IMG/VR virus record: IMGVR_UViG_3300037851_000187
Span: 1-36,191 of that record
DNA length: 36,191 nucleotides
From: a virus
Taxonomy: Duplodnaviria; Caudoviricetes
Direction: 5' to 3' (one strand)
Part shown: positions 1 to 8,971 of the stretch, piece by piece
Layout of the letters: the number at the start of each line of letters is the position of its first letter
Position numbering within the stretch: position 1 is the stretch's first letter
The notes under the pieces: model-generated
Told to the model about the DNA's origin: nothing
What the model saw: only the letters and a program-made list of their open reading frames with translations
Databases searched by the model: none
Translations under genes and position numbers: made by a program

Positions 1-127
1 GCGAGAACACGTCACCGCGCTTGCCGCTACCTCCCGGACTGTCGCACAATGCGTCATCGACATACGCATTGATCGCGGTGACCAGGTCGAGAAACTTCAG
101 CTTCAGCGTGCGCCGCATGAACCGCGC
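1..127. repeat. Terminal 127-bp direct repeat (circular assembly overlap), copy 1
   Basis: 1-127 is identical to 36065-36191; 127 is a common maximum assembler k-mer. Confidence 0.95.
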
Positions 128-439
128 GCACGCGCGATTGAGCAGCCATCGGCCCAGGCGCGGACACCACGGGGCCAATGCGCGTTGCGCGCGTAACGCT
201 GCGTCATGCTCCATGCTCACCGTCCAAAGGAACGTGCAGGTGTCCATCACGGATGGAACACCACCACAAACAAACGGTGAGCCGATAGCCTTGAGCGTGA
301 GCAGGTGCGACAGCGTCAGGCGATTGACTGCCACGCCGCAGATCATTTCCTGCGCATCGAGCGCAAAGGCCATGTCGCGGTCGTTGACTTCGCGCTCGAC
401 CGCGTCACGATACCCCGGTATGTCGTCGAACAAACTCAC
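1..439 (-). CDS. Putative tail assembly chaperone, 5' part (continues across the junction to 35841; 220 aa in total)
   Basis: GTG at 439 overlaps the upstream TGA (GTGA). The open frame MSLFDDIPGYRDAVEREVNDRD... joins in frame with the 35841..36182 ORF. It lies between tail tube and tape measure. Confidence 0.7.
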   Translation of the reverse strand, partial: MSLFDDIPGYRDAVEREVNDRDMAFALDAQEMICGVAVNRLTLSHLLTLKAIGSPFVCGGVPSVMDTCTFLWTVSMEHDAALRAQRALAPWCPRLGRWLLNRACARFMRRTLKLKFLDLVTAINAYVDDALCDSPGGSGKRGDVFS

Positions 440-840
440 GCGCCGTATTGTTTCTTGAACGTGATATTGATCTTGATCTCGCCGTCTTTGACTTCGGCCC
501 GGGACACGCTGGTGATGTAGAATTTCTCGTCACCTATACCCGCGTCCAGGTTCGCGTTGTAGCCGACTTCACCGTCGCAGATGATGCGGTCGCCGAGGCA
601 CGGTTCAACGGCAGTGCCGCTGTCCAGTTGGAGCGTGGCGGACCCGGTCACAAAGTCGGCGATGCCGACAGACCCGGACGGTTCACCTAGTTGATTGGTT
701 CGGTCCACGGCCTTGGTAGGTCGATTGATCGTGATGTTATCGCACATGTAAGTGTCGCGTTCCGTGGACCCGTTCGGTTGATGAACGATCCATTGACGCG
801 ATCCATACTGCACCGTCCCGTCATTATAGAGAGCAGCCAT
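436..840 (-). CDS. Putative tail tube protein, paralog 2 (134 aa)
   Basis: Shares long blocks with 850..1206 (YNDGTVQYGSR, GSVGIADFVTGS, TSVSRAEVKDGE); beta-rich; tail-tube position. Confidence 0.6.
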   Translation of the reverse strand: MAALYNDGTVQYGSRQWIVHQPNGSTERDTYMCDNITINRPTKAVDRTNQLGEPSGSVGIADFVTGSATLQLDSGTAVEPCLGDRIICDGEVGYNANLDAGIGDEKFYITSVSRAEVKDGEIKINITFKKQYGA

Positions 841-849
841 AGGTCTCGA

Positions 850-1206
850 TTAGTTGTATTTCTTCTTGAACGTGACGTTGATCTTCTTCTCGCCGTCTTT
901 GACCTCGGCGCGCGAAACACTGGTGAGATAGAAGGTCTCGGAGCCTATGCCGCTGTCGAACGTGGTAGCGAACGTCAATCCGTTAGTGGGTTCCGCCGTG
1001 GCGTCCGCTGCGAGTTGTAGCGTGCATGAGCCCGTGACGAAATCGGCAATGCCAACGCTGCCGGTGGGTTCCCCCAGGTTATTAGTTCGATCAACCGCTT
1101 TGCTCGGGCGATTGACGGTGATGTTATCGGCGACATAAGCAACGGCATTGATCGTCAATGATCGACTGCCGTATTGCACTGTCCCGTCGTTGTAGGTTGC
1201 GGCCAT
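850..1206 (-). CDS. Putative major tail tube protein, paralog 1 (118 aa)
   Basis: AAAGGAG RBS upstream; follows the terminator-like gene and precedes chaperone and tape measure. Confidence 0.65.
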   Translation of the reverse strand: MAATYNDGTVQYGSRSLTINAVAYVADNITVNRPSKAVDRTNNLGEPTGSVGIADFVTGSCTLQLAADATAEPTNGLTFATTFDSGIGSETFYLTSVSRAEVKDGEKKINVTFKKKYN

Positions 1207-1225
1207 GTTGTGTGTGCTCCTTTGG

Positions 1226-1699
1226 TTATGTGGTTAGTTCGCCCCAGGCTCCGGCGTCGATTCCGAAATCTACGGCGTAAAGTAAATGCGACATTTCCGA
1301 TCCGTCCTCCGGCTTGTATTCGGGAGCGGTGGATTGCTCGACTATGTTCTGGATCTTGTGATAGTCCAGGTCCGCGTTCAGCGTGTTGCGCAGATCGGCC
1401 ATGACCTTGCGCACCAGCGCGCGATAGTTGCGATGAGACGCTTTACCGGTCGCCGTCGCGTCCGTGATCAGGACAACTTCGAGTTGGCCGGACCAACTCG
1501 CGTTGCGTTTCGCGCCGCTGACGATGTGGTAACTCTGCTTCGCGGGACCGCACGCGAACCGGATCGCGACATAGGGTCGCGTGCGCTCGAACGTGGGCGC
1601 GTCAGCCGGGCCGACGGCGGTAAGTCCGGCAGCGGTAAGTCCGGCTAAGAACGCGGTCTCAAGCTGGGTCTCGAAATCGTAAATGTTTTCCACGCTCAT
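1226..1699 (-). CDS. Putative tail terminator/tail completion protein
   Basis: 157 aa; RPYVAI-type motif; immediately upstream of tail tube. Confidence 0.5.
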   Translation of the reverse strand: MSVENIYDFETQLETAFLAGLTAAGLTAVGPADAPTFERTRPYVAIRFACGPAKQSYHIVSGAKRNASWSGQLEVVLITDATATGKASHRNYRALVRKVMADLRNTLNADLDYHKIQNIVEQSTAPEYKPEDGSEMSHLLYAVDFGIDAGAWGELTT

Positions 1700-2490
1700 A
1701 ACTTCAGTTTTGCTTTGTCTTTGATCCCGCGAATGTAGAGCTGGAGATCAGCCAGCATCGCCTTTGCCCGCGTCTCAAGCGCGGTGCGTGTGAGAAACTC
1801 GGCAAGCTCAGGCGTGGCGCCGTAGGCCGTGTTGCCAACCGTGACGGTGGGGTGCAGTAACACCTTGCTTTGATCGCGCACGTAGCCGCGTTGTTTGTCC
1901 CGATGTTTGCTCACCCATTGCGGGAGGGACCGGCCTTGCGCGCCGAGCAGTTGCCAGCCTACCACCCAGCCGGAGCGCAACCTGCCTATGTGCTGTTTCA
2001 GCGTCGAGACGATCTTAGTAAGTTGCCCCTTTTTGATGAGCACCTGCCGCCGTAATAGCACGGTCTGTTTGCCGTGTTGCCCTGTTCGGATATGGCCCTT
2101 CGGCGTGATGTGCCAGTAAGTGCGGATCAGATCTTTCAGTGACGCTCGACGCAGATCCAGATCCTTATCCGTGATACCGTAGAGCGCCTTGTTACTCCAC
2201 GCATACCAACGCACATCGCCGCGCCCAGCCTTGCCGCCTTGCGCTTCGAGCATGGACGCATGCTCGCCGTAGCCGGTGGACAGAAACTTCGAGCGAACAT
2301 CCTTGTCAATGCGCGTAGCGGTCGCCCCGCGATCTTTCGGCGGCGTGAAATCGACCAGGGTCCGCGCCAGCAGACTACCTTGACGCCGGATAAATGCGCC
2401 CATCTTGTCCGTGCCCGAGATGCCCAGACCATCTGCGAGCGCGGCCAAAGCGCGATTGAATCCGGTGGTATCTGCTGTGCAGGTGATCAT
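1696..2490 (-). CDS. Putative neck/tail completion protein (HK97 gp10-like position)
   Basis: Basic 264-aa protein between head-closure and terminator genes; ATGA overlaps on both sides. Confidence 0.45.
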   Translation of the reverse strand: MITCTADTTGFNRALAALADGLGISGTDKMGAFIRRQGSLLARTLVDFTPPKDRGATATRIDKDVRSKFLSTGYGEHASMLEAQGGKAGRGDVRWYAWSNKALYGITDKDLDLRRASLKDLIRTYWHITPKGHIRTGQHGKQTVLLRRQVLIKKGQLTKIVSTLKQHIGRLRSGWVVGWQLLGAQGRSLPQWVSKHRDKQRGYVRDQSKVLLHPTVTVGNTAYGATPELAEFLTRTALETRAKAMLADLQLYIRGIKDKAKLKL

Positions 2491-2816
2491 GCAACCTTGA
2501 CCATGTAATAGCGCGTATCAATGGATGCCTCGGATTGGATCCGCTTGACCACGTGCCACTGTCCGTTGGCGTCGTCGGTGATCGTGTCCTGGCTGATTAT
2601 GTCCGGCATGCGCGAATTGACTCCAGGCAGCACATGCAGGATGGCTTGCTCGCGCGGGTCATCACCGATGGGCAGACCATAGGCGATAGGATCCGCATCC
2701 TCGATCAACGCGATGAACCGTTCGTCACCGGCCCCGCGAAACTCGCGACCACCAAGACTGGGCGAGTGAAGGACGGCTGCGCCGGCGGAAACTATTTTTT
2801 GAAGCGGACTACTCAT
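2487..2816 (-). CDS. Putative head closure/head-tail joining protein
   Basis: 109 aa; beta-rich C-terminus (DTITD..GQWHVV); first gene of the neck block. Confidence 0.45.
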   Translation of the reverse strand: MSSPLQKIVSAGAAVLHSPSLGGREFRGAGDERFIALIEDADPIAYGLPIGDDPREQAILHVLPGVNSRMPDIISQDTITDDANGQWHVVKRIQSEASIDTRYYMVKVA

Positions 2817-2932
2817 TAGTCGTGCAGGTGATGCTCGGGCTTGGTGACGTGTTTCGGTGCGTGCTTGATCCTGATGCGGATCTTCTCCGCCAGGCTTAGC
2901 CGTTTCGTTTTGACTTTGATCTTCTTTTTCAT
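2816..2932 (-). CDS. Small basic protein, 38 aa (MKKKIKVKTKRLSLAEKIRIRIKHAPKHVTKPEHHLHD)
   Basis: Not in the ORF track; fills the gap exactly, with an ATGA overlap upstream and a TAATG overlap downstream. Confidence 0.6.
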   Translation of the reverse strand: MKKKIKVKTKRLSLAEKIRIRIKHAPKHVTKPEHHLHD

Positions 2933-3375
2933 GGGTGCTCCGGTAGTAACAGCGGACTTAGACTGAGCAGCTCTGGACTTACCGCCCAGGGCTCAATGCG
3001 CGATAGCAGATCGATACCAGCCTTCTGACAGGCCGCGAACACCAGCTCCGAACAGAACCATTTACCGGTGCTCTTGCGGCTCTCCTGTCGGCGCGTGACA
3101 AACCGAACCACCATGGTTAGGTCATAGGGCTTGCCCACCTGCGATTCGCAGAAACAGCGAATGGTGCGCTCTTGATCTTCGGTTAGTCCGGCGATCTCGA
3201 ACCAGTCCACTTTGTGGTCCGGCGCGGGATTGACCACGCGCTGCACCTTCGGCCAGGTCGCCTCGATCAAGACGCCATCGGAGAATAGGATCGCGCCGTG
3301 GCTATACTCGCTGCGAGTTTGCCACTTGATCGCGCAGGGTATCAGCCCTGTATGTCTGTATAGACCGATCTTCAT
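2929..3375 (-). CDS. Permuted papain-like NlpC/P60 amidase (YiiX/YaeF, C92-like); candidate lysis enzyme
   Basis: YSHGAI (His) precedes GKPYD and WFCSELV (Cys), the permuted catalytic order. Confidence 0.8.
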   Translation of the reverse strand: MKIGLYRHTGLIPCAIKWQTRSEYSHGAILFSDGVLIEATWPKVQRVVNPAPDHKVDWFEIAGLTEDQERTIRCFCESQVGKPYDLTMVVRFVTRRQESRKSTGKWFCSELVFAACQKAGIDLLSRIEPWAVSPELLSLSPLLLPEHP

Positions 3376-3653
3376 TTCGTTGCGCCTCGGGCCGCGCCTT
3401 CGGCCACCGCGGACAACGCCTGCGCATCCGGGTTAGATCGCTGCACGCGCAGGCCGAACTTAAGCGCGCCATCCTCGGTGGTAGTGTCGATGCCTTCGCT
3501 CGACCACAGGAGCCGCACCGATGAGACGCGCAGCACGGACCCGTCCGGCATGGTGCGTGACCCGGTGATCATCGAGCACCCGCACAAGCTCAGCAGCATG
3601 ATTGCCGCGATACACAGCAGCACACCGATTGCGATTTTCTTACTCAGTCTCAT
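3372..3653 (-). CDS. Lipoprotein, spanin-like candidate (93 aa)
   Basis: Start MRLSKK at 3653 (ATGA overlap), hydrophobic stretch, lipobox-like LCGC. Confidence 0.6.
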   Translation of the reverse strand: MRLSKKIAIGVLLCIAAIMLLSLCGCSMITGSRTMPDGSVLRVSSVRLLWSSEGIDTTTEDGALKFGLRVQRSNPDAQALSAVAEGAARGATK

Positions 3654-3874
3654 AGATCCCCCGGTGGTAGTGGCGACTGCTTCAGATACGCGAGCAAGCC
3701 CACCGCCGCACCGCTCGCGAACAGGACCATTAGTTGCCGCATGTCGAGCGGCTTGATCGCCCCGCCGGCAGCGTCTGCAACACTGATGCCTAGGGCGGAC
3801 AAGCCGGATGTCGCGGCCCCGGTGATGGTCGCCGCCAGTAGATTGTGCAGCCATATCTTCGCCTTGGCTTTCAC
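3650..3874 (-). CDS. Holin-like membrane protein
   Basis: 74 aa, two hydrophobic segments, within the lysis-like cluster. Confidence 0.55.
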   Translation of the reverse strand: MKAKAKIWLHNLLAATITGAATSGLSALGISVADAAGGAIKPLDMRQLMVLFASGAAVGLLAYLKQSPLPPGDL

Positions 3875-4086
3875 TTGTTCCCCTCCAGCTTTTCGATCTT
3901 GGTTTCCATGCTCTGCAGCCTGTCGTCTAGGTTGGTGAACTTACGCGACATCCACCATACGGCAGGTAAGACGATGCCCGCGACGGAGAACACTGTGCCG
4001 AGGGAGACGCCGTGATTTTCGAGCGCGTCCCCGGCACTTACACCGCCGATCACGGCGCCAGCGAATAGGATGGAATCTTTGATCAT
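3871..4086 (-). CDS. Small membrane protein (holin/antiholin-like)
   Basis: 71 aa, hydrophobic segments followed by a charged coiled-coil-like tail. Confidence 0.5.
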   Translation of the reverse strand: MIKDSILFAGAVIGGVSAGDALENHGVSLGTVFSVAGIVLPAVWWMSRKFTNLDDRLQSMETKIEKLEGNK

Positions 4087-4087
4087 A

Positions 4088-5593
4088 TCATCGGATAGTT
4101 ACTCTACCGCGTATCGCCGACTTACCGCGCGCGACCGCGCGCGTGATGGGTGTGGGTGGTGCTGGCTCAGACTCGACAAACTCATAAGCGCCGATGTCCT
4201 TGGTTCCGCTTAGCCATACCCCGGTGCCAGCAGACCATGTGATCGCCGTGTCCACAGTGATCGTCGCCGCATCGTAATCAACGGCGGTGATCGTGCGGTC
4301 AGTCGAGCCGACTGTTACAGGGTCGCCTGCGGTTAGGCCAAATCCCGCGTGGAACGGTCTGGATGTGTCCAGCGTGATCGTGGTCGATGTGCCCGAGCCG
4401 ACAGTAACAGCTTGCGGCCCGGCAGCATTGCGCGCCGGAGAACTCTCGGTCAGACTATAGCCGGACAACAACGGGTCCGACGCTATCCCGTTTGATTCGG
4501 TGATCCCGATGCTGCCAGACAGATAGTAGCAGTCCCAGTTATTGGTCCATCCGGCAGGAGCCCCGGGGCCATAATAAAGCTGCGACGTGTCATCGTTGCA
4601 GTTGTAAAAGACGTTGTTGATCGACCACGAGTTGGTCCCATAACTCACGTCGACCAGCGGTGATTGGTGCGTGGTCGTGCCACACTCGATAAAGGTATTG
4701 TTGTAGCAAAGCGAGTAGGGGCAGTAAGTCGTGGTGAACGCATAGGAGCCCACCTGGTAGGCCACGTTGCGGCGGAACACAAAATGGCGGAACCCGGCCA
4801 TGTTCGCCGCCGACTGGCCGTTGAACCATGTCGTGTGCGAGTTGGCCATCAGGTTGGTCTCGATCACGTTCCCGTCAAAAAAAACCGTCACGGTTGGCAC
4901 GGTGTAAGCCTCGATACAGTCCGGGTGCGGGTCTGGATCCCACTCGTCAGCATCCACCCCAGTCAACCTATTCGACCGGACCAGAAAATTTTGGCCCTCG
5001 ACATAGAACCCGTCCGAGTAACGGTTGATAACGTTCTGCTCGATCAACACATTGGTGCCGACTATCGAGAAAGCCAGCGTCGCCGTGGTGGTATTGGTCT
5101 GCGCGCCTGCCGCAGTAACCGTGTTAGAACGCGCGATAAAGTTCCCGGCCCATTTGCCGGTTGCGGTGCGGACCCCGACCCCATACGTATCATGGATGTT
5201 GCATAGCTCGACAATTACGTTGGTCGAGTTGTCCAAAGTGACGCCCGCGTATGGCCAAGCTTCGCCGCCGCCGTGGTCTATCTCGAACCCGCGAATGGTG
5301 ACATGATGCTTGGTCGCCAGCGCGAACCCGCGACAGATCGCGCTCGTGCCCGAGAAGGTCACCCCGCTTCCACTCGTGCCGCCCGTGGTGACAGTTACCC
5401 GCTCATCATAGGTGCCCGCCGCGACATGGACCGTGTCGCCTGCCAAGATGCTATCCGCCGCGTGCTGGATTGTGCGCCACGGATTGGCCGATGAACCATC
5501 CCCGGTGTCATCGTGCCCGGTGGTCGTGACGTAATAGTCAGCGGCCCCACAGGACCACACACACAGAACCAAGATGAGCAGTGCACGGTTCAT
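4088..5593 (-). CDS. Signal-peptide right-handed beta-helix (pectate lyase-like, DUF1565-type N-terminus) protein
   Basis: Signal MNRALLILVLCVWSCGA; YYVTTTGHDDTGDGSSANPWRTIQHAAD motif; Asn-ladder repeats; DIGAYEF near the C-terminus. Confidence 0.8.
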   Translation of the reverse strand: MNRALLILVLCVWSCGAADYYVTTTGHDDTGDGSSANPWRTIQHAADSILAGDTVHVAAGTYDERVTVTTGGTSGSGVTFSGTSAICRGFALATKHHVTIRGFEIDHGGGEAWPYAGVTLDNSTNVIVELCNIHDTYGVGVRTATGKWAGNFIARSNTVTAAGAQTNTTTATLAFSIVGTNVLIEQNVINRYSDGFYVEGQNFLVRSNRLTGVDADEWDPDPHPDCIEAYTVPTVTVFFDGNVIETNLMANSHTTWFNGQSAANMAGFRHFVFRRNVAYQVGSYAFTTTYCPYSLCYNNTFIECGTTTHQSPLVDVSYGTNSWSINNVFYNCNDDTSQLYYGPGAPAGWTNNWDCYYLSGSIGITESNGIASDPLLSGYSLTESSPARNAAGPQAVTVGSGTSTTITLDTSRPFHAGFGLTAGDPVTVGSTDRTITAVDYDAATITVDTAITWSAGTGVWLSGTKDIGAYEFVESEPAPPTPITRAVARGKSAIRGRVTIR

Positions 5594-6153
5594 TCTTTGC
5601 TCAGGACGAAATAAAAGTCGTAGGTGCCGGACCCATACAGCGTGCCGTTGCTATACATCGCATAGGTCGTGTCGCTGTAGCCCGTGCCGCCCGCGACGGT
5701 GTAACAACGGAAGCGCGTAGTCGTGCCGGTTGCGCCAACGAAGAACATATAGCAACTGCCACTCGGCAGCGTCGGCTTAGTTGCGGTCCACGTGAACGTC
5801 TCGACGTTGGCCGTGTCCGTGCTGCTGACGGTGTTAGTGTTGGAGTTACCGCCATACTGTGTGCCCGTCCTATCGCCGCCGGACCAGAACTCGACGTGTA
5901 TATCTGCGTTGCCGCTGTTCTTGTAGAGCTTCGCTTTGACCTCGCAGACTGTGCCGCCTGTAGTGCTGAGCCGCTGCGAGAACAGATCGGTCAGGGTATC
6001 GTAATCATTATCGGTCGCGCACGTTTGACCGTCCCACGCGGCGCAACTCGGAGCCGCCACCCCCGCAATCGGGACCGTGCTACCCCCGCTCATCAGCAGC
6101 AGGTCTTGCCCGAGCACTGGTATCGCGAATAAGATGAGGAGTAGGTATCGCAT
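5590..6153 (-). CDS. Signal-peptide beta-rich protein (187 aa), putative adsorption accessory
   Basis: Start reassigned to MRYLLLILFAIPVLG|QD, just after the upstream stop; Thr/Gly/Ser-rich. Confidence 0.65.
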   Translation of the reverse strand: MRYLLLILFAIPVLGQDLLLMSGGSTVPIAGVAAPSCAAWDGQTCATDNDYDTLTDLFSQRLSTTGGTVCEVKAKLYKNSGNADIHVEFWSGGDRTGTQYGGNSNTNTVSSTDTANVETFTWTATKPTLPSGSCYMFFVGATGTTTRFRCYTVAGGTGYSDTTYAMYSNGTLYGSGTYDFYFVLSKE

Positions 6154-6154
6154 C

Positions 6155-8875
6155 TTACCACCAGTTAGACCCGTCACAGACAACGGTGAGCCGGTTGGTG
6201 GACGGCACACTCACGCTGAGCCCGCCCAAAATAGTCTGCACGCCGTTGGCATTGGTAACGATCACGCTGCCGGTTGTGCTAGCCGCAACTATGGTGAGCA
6301 TCCGGCCAACGGGCGTGCTGTTCGTCGCATTGAGAAGCGTGATCACTTGGTTTGTCCCGGTGCAGAACAGAACGCTATCCGTGGTTGCCACGCTGTAGTT
6401 AGTCGAGAACGCGGCCCTGCATGCGGACAAGAATCCAGTCGCAGTTACCAGTCCGTTAGTGCCGTTCAGTTTGATGACCTCGGCGGAATCATCCGACACG
6501 GCGAGATAGCCGGGGTTAGTGCCGGACGCGGCAAAGGATGATGCTGTGACCGCGCCGTTAGTTATCCCCACGCCGTTGATAATGCTGCCCGCGTTCGCCA
6601 CGGAGTTGCTGCCGACGATAACATGACCGCTTGCCACCATGTTGGACCCGGAGTGAACAGAGCCGCGCACATCAAGGTCATAATCGCCCGCGGGTTGCTT
6701 TTGGATCCCGACGCGACCACCCTCCTGAAAATACAGCGGCACCTTGCCGGTTCCACCTGAATCCTCCCAAAGGATCAGGTCATGCCCGCCTGAGGTAATC
6801 CACTGCCAGACCTTGTTGTCCACCCCCTGGAATGAGAGTGTCGGCCCGGTGGTTTTCATGATCGCGATGCTGTCCGCATACAGACTTCCGCTCGCGCGAA
6901 TTGTCCCAACAACGTCAAGCGGGAATTGGGCCGTGCTGGTGCCCACGCCGAAATTGGCGCCGTAGGCCGCGAACACACGCCCACCCGTCCCGGCGAGTCC
7001 GATGGGTGACGTGTTATCCTCCATATAATCCCCCACTGATAGTTGGCTCTGCCCAGTGAACGCAATGCCCATGCCGCACCCGCTTGCCCGGTTGCCGGTC
7101 GAATAGGAGTTGGTGCCTTGCAATCTGAATGCCTGAGCAAAACCGCCGTGCGCGACGTTGTGTGCCCACAGGTTGCGATAGCCCGATAGCTCAAGGAATG
7201 CGTAGTAACTCGTGTTAATGTTTCGCGCCAGATTGCCGATAATAGAGCAATCGCCTGGTCCGGCAGCGATCACCGCATAGTGCGCACCGTCAACTATGTT
7301 GCCGGACACCGTGATGTTGGTTACACCCGACACATAAATCCCAACATCGCCGGACCGCATGACCGTGTTTGCACTAACCAAACCATTGCCGCCGTCACCA
7401 GCGAGCAGCACACCGTGCCGCGCCGAGTCCGTGATTACGTTGCCGCTGACCGTGTGGCTTGTGTTGGTTGGCGGCAGGCCGCACGCGACAGACACGCCGT
7501 CGTTGCCGGACCCCGCGACCGTGTTACCTGTAGCAACTACCGCGCGGCAGTTAGACAGTGCGATACCTGCGCGCAGCAAACTAATGCCGGTCTGCTGCAA
7601 TACGCAGTTGGTCACCGAGTTTCCGGTCACCACACAATAGTCTGCCCGCTGCATGTAGATCCCCGTCCCGGCAGTGTTCTGCACCACGTTTCCGGCGACA
7701 ACGTTGTGGCGTGCGGTGTAGTCGTTACCGGACACCATATAGATGCAAATTCCGTAGCCGGACGCCTCGGCATTTCCTAGTTGGTTATTTTGATCGATCC
7801 GGTTCCGACTGATGGCGGAGTTGCGCAAGTCGAAGCAGAGTATGGAGAAGGCGCACGAAGATCCCTCGATCCTGTTGCCGCTGATGTCCAACGATTCGGA
7901 CCCGCCGGCCTCATCGCGCCCCACCATAATATCTGCCGAGGCGTGCGAGTTGGTGCTATACAAACCATAACTGCCGTTGCCGTGGAATCGGTTATTCTGA
8001 ACTTTTACGCCCACAGAATTTCCGATGTAGACCCCCGCAACCGACTGATTACTATGCACGATTCCGGCCCCGGAGATATCCGCATCCTGCACCGTGCAAT
8101 TTGTCGCGCCGAGAAAATAGACAGCTACGCGGCTGGCTCCGGCCATGCGCAATCCGTCTATGCTGACATTCTCCTTGTTGGTAATTTCAATTCCGTTATA
8201 TGTGGTTGCGGCAAAAAGTAACGTGCCCAGACCGTGCAGTCTTGTGTGGCTACTGGGGCGCACTGTGCTGGTAAGGTATGTGCCGCCTGGGAAATAAACG
8301 TTTGTGCATGCATCCATTGCGGCCTGGATCGCAGCGGTATCATCCGTTACACCATCACCCACCGCCCCGTATAGCTTCACGTTGCCCGCATGCTCCCAAA
8401 TCGCATTAGTCACGCTGGCAGCAGGCAGCCCGGAGTTAGTCGCCCCCGACACGGTCACTACGCCCTTACCGTTGGTAGGCGATAGCGTGATGTTGCCCCC
8501 CGCGATCAACTGTTGAACGAAGGGTGGCGCCACCACGGACGATGCTACGCTACTGGTTAGTTCGGTTAGCCAGTAGGTGTTGGTATCGTCCGGAACCGAG
8601 AAGTAAACCGGCTGCGTGAATGGCACGCCGACAATGCGCACCTCGTAGCGTCCGGTCTGTAGGTTGGTCTGCGCGTAGCCCGCGACTGTCGCGAGCCGCA
8701 TCGGATTGCCGGTGATGATCCATTGCCCGCTGGCAACGGGATTTGTCACCATGAAGATCTGCAACGTATGGTTGCCGGGCGCAACAGACCAGAAGTTAGT
8801 CAGCGCGATCTTGACCGTCGATGCCTGCGCGGTGACACAGGCGAGAAGTCCTATCAGGCTAAGAAGTTTTTTCAT
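6155..8875 (-). CDS. Tailspike-like pectate lyase 3/beta-helix protein with signal peptide (906 aa)
   Basis: Start MKKLLSLIGLLACVTAQA|ST; NVKLYGAVGDGVTDDTAAIQAA..VYFPGGTYL motif; GN-V/I beta-helix repeats; GVGTSTAQFPLDVVG fibre motif; ends VVCDGSNWW. Confidence 0.85.
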   Translation of the reverse strand: MKKLLSLIGLLACVTAQASTVKIALTNFWSVAPGNHTLQIFMVTNPVASGQWIITGNPMRLATVAGYAQTNLQTGRYEVRIVGVPFTQPVYFSVPDDTNTYWLTELTSSVASSVVAPPFVQQLIAGGNITLSPTNGKGVVTVSGATNSGLPAASVTNAIWEHAGNVKLYGAVGDGVTDDTAAIQAAMDACTNVYFPGGTYLTSTVRPSSHTRLHGLGTLLFAATTYNGIEITNKENVSIDGLRMAGASRVAVYFLGATNCTVQDADISGAGIVHSNQSVAGVYIGNSVGVKVQNNRFHGNGSYGLYSTNSHASADIMVGRDEAGGSESLDISGNRIEGSSCAFSILCFDLRNSAISRNRIDQNNQLGNAEASGYGICIYMVSGNDYTARHNVVAGNVVQNTAGTGIYMQRADYCVVTGNSVTNCVLQQTGISLLRAGIALSNCRAVVATGNTVAGSGNDGVSVACGLPPTNTSHTVSGNVITDSARHGVLLAGDGGNGLVSANTVMRSGDVGIYVSGVTNITVSGNIVDGAHYAVIAAGPGDCSIIGNLARNINTSYYAFLELSGYRNLWAHNVAHGGFAQAFRLQGTNSYSTGNRASGCGMGIAFTGQSQLSVGDYMEDNTSPIGLAGTGGRVFAAYGANFGVGTSTAQFPLDVVGTIRASGSLYADSIAIMKTTGPTLSFQGVDNKVWQWITSGGHDLILWEDSGGTGKVPLYFQEGGRVGIQKQPAGDYDLDVRGSVHSGSNMVASGHVIVGSNSVANAGSIINGVGITNGAVTASSFAASGTNPGYLAVSDDSAEVIKLNGTNGLVTATGFLSACRAAFSTNYSVATTDSVLFCTGTNQVITLLNATNSTPVGRMLTIVAASTTGSVIVTNANGVQTILGGLSVSVPSTNRLTVVCDGSNWW

Positions 8876-8937
8876 GGTAACGATTTGTTTTTGGTAAGGT
8901 CGGCAGGGCACCAGTAAAAACCGCGACATGTTCACGG

Positions 8938-8964
8938 AAAAACCTGATGCCCCGCCGTGGCGGG
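8938..8964 (-). terminator. Possible intrinsic terminator after the capsid and 145-aa genes
   Basis: Minus strand CCCGC-CACG-GCGGG hairpin, then TTTTT after a short gap. Confidence 0.35.
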
Positions 8965-8971
8965 AATGTCC

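Noticed and set aside
436-1206. Duplicated segment as a diversity-generating retroelement TR/VR pair
   Set aside because: No reverse transcriptase was found, both copies are intact ORFs, and differences include indels and are not adenine-specific
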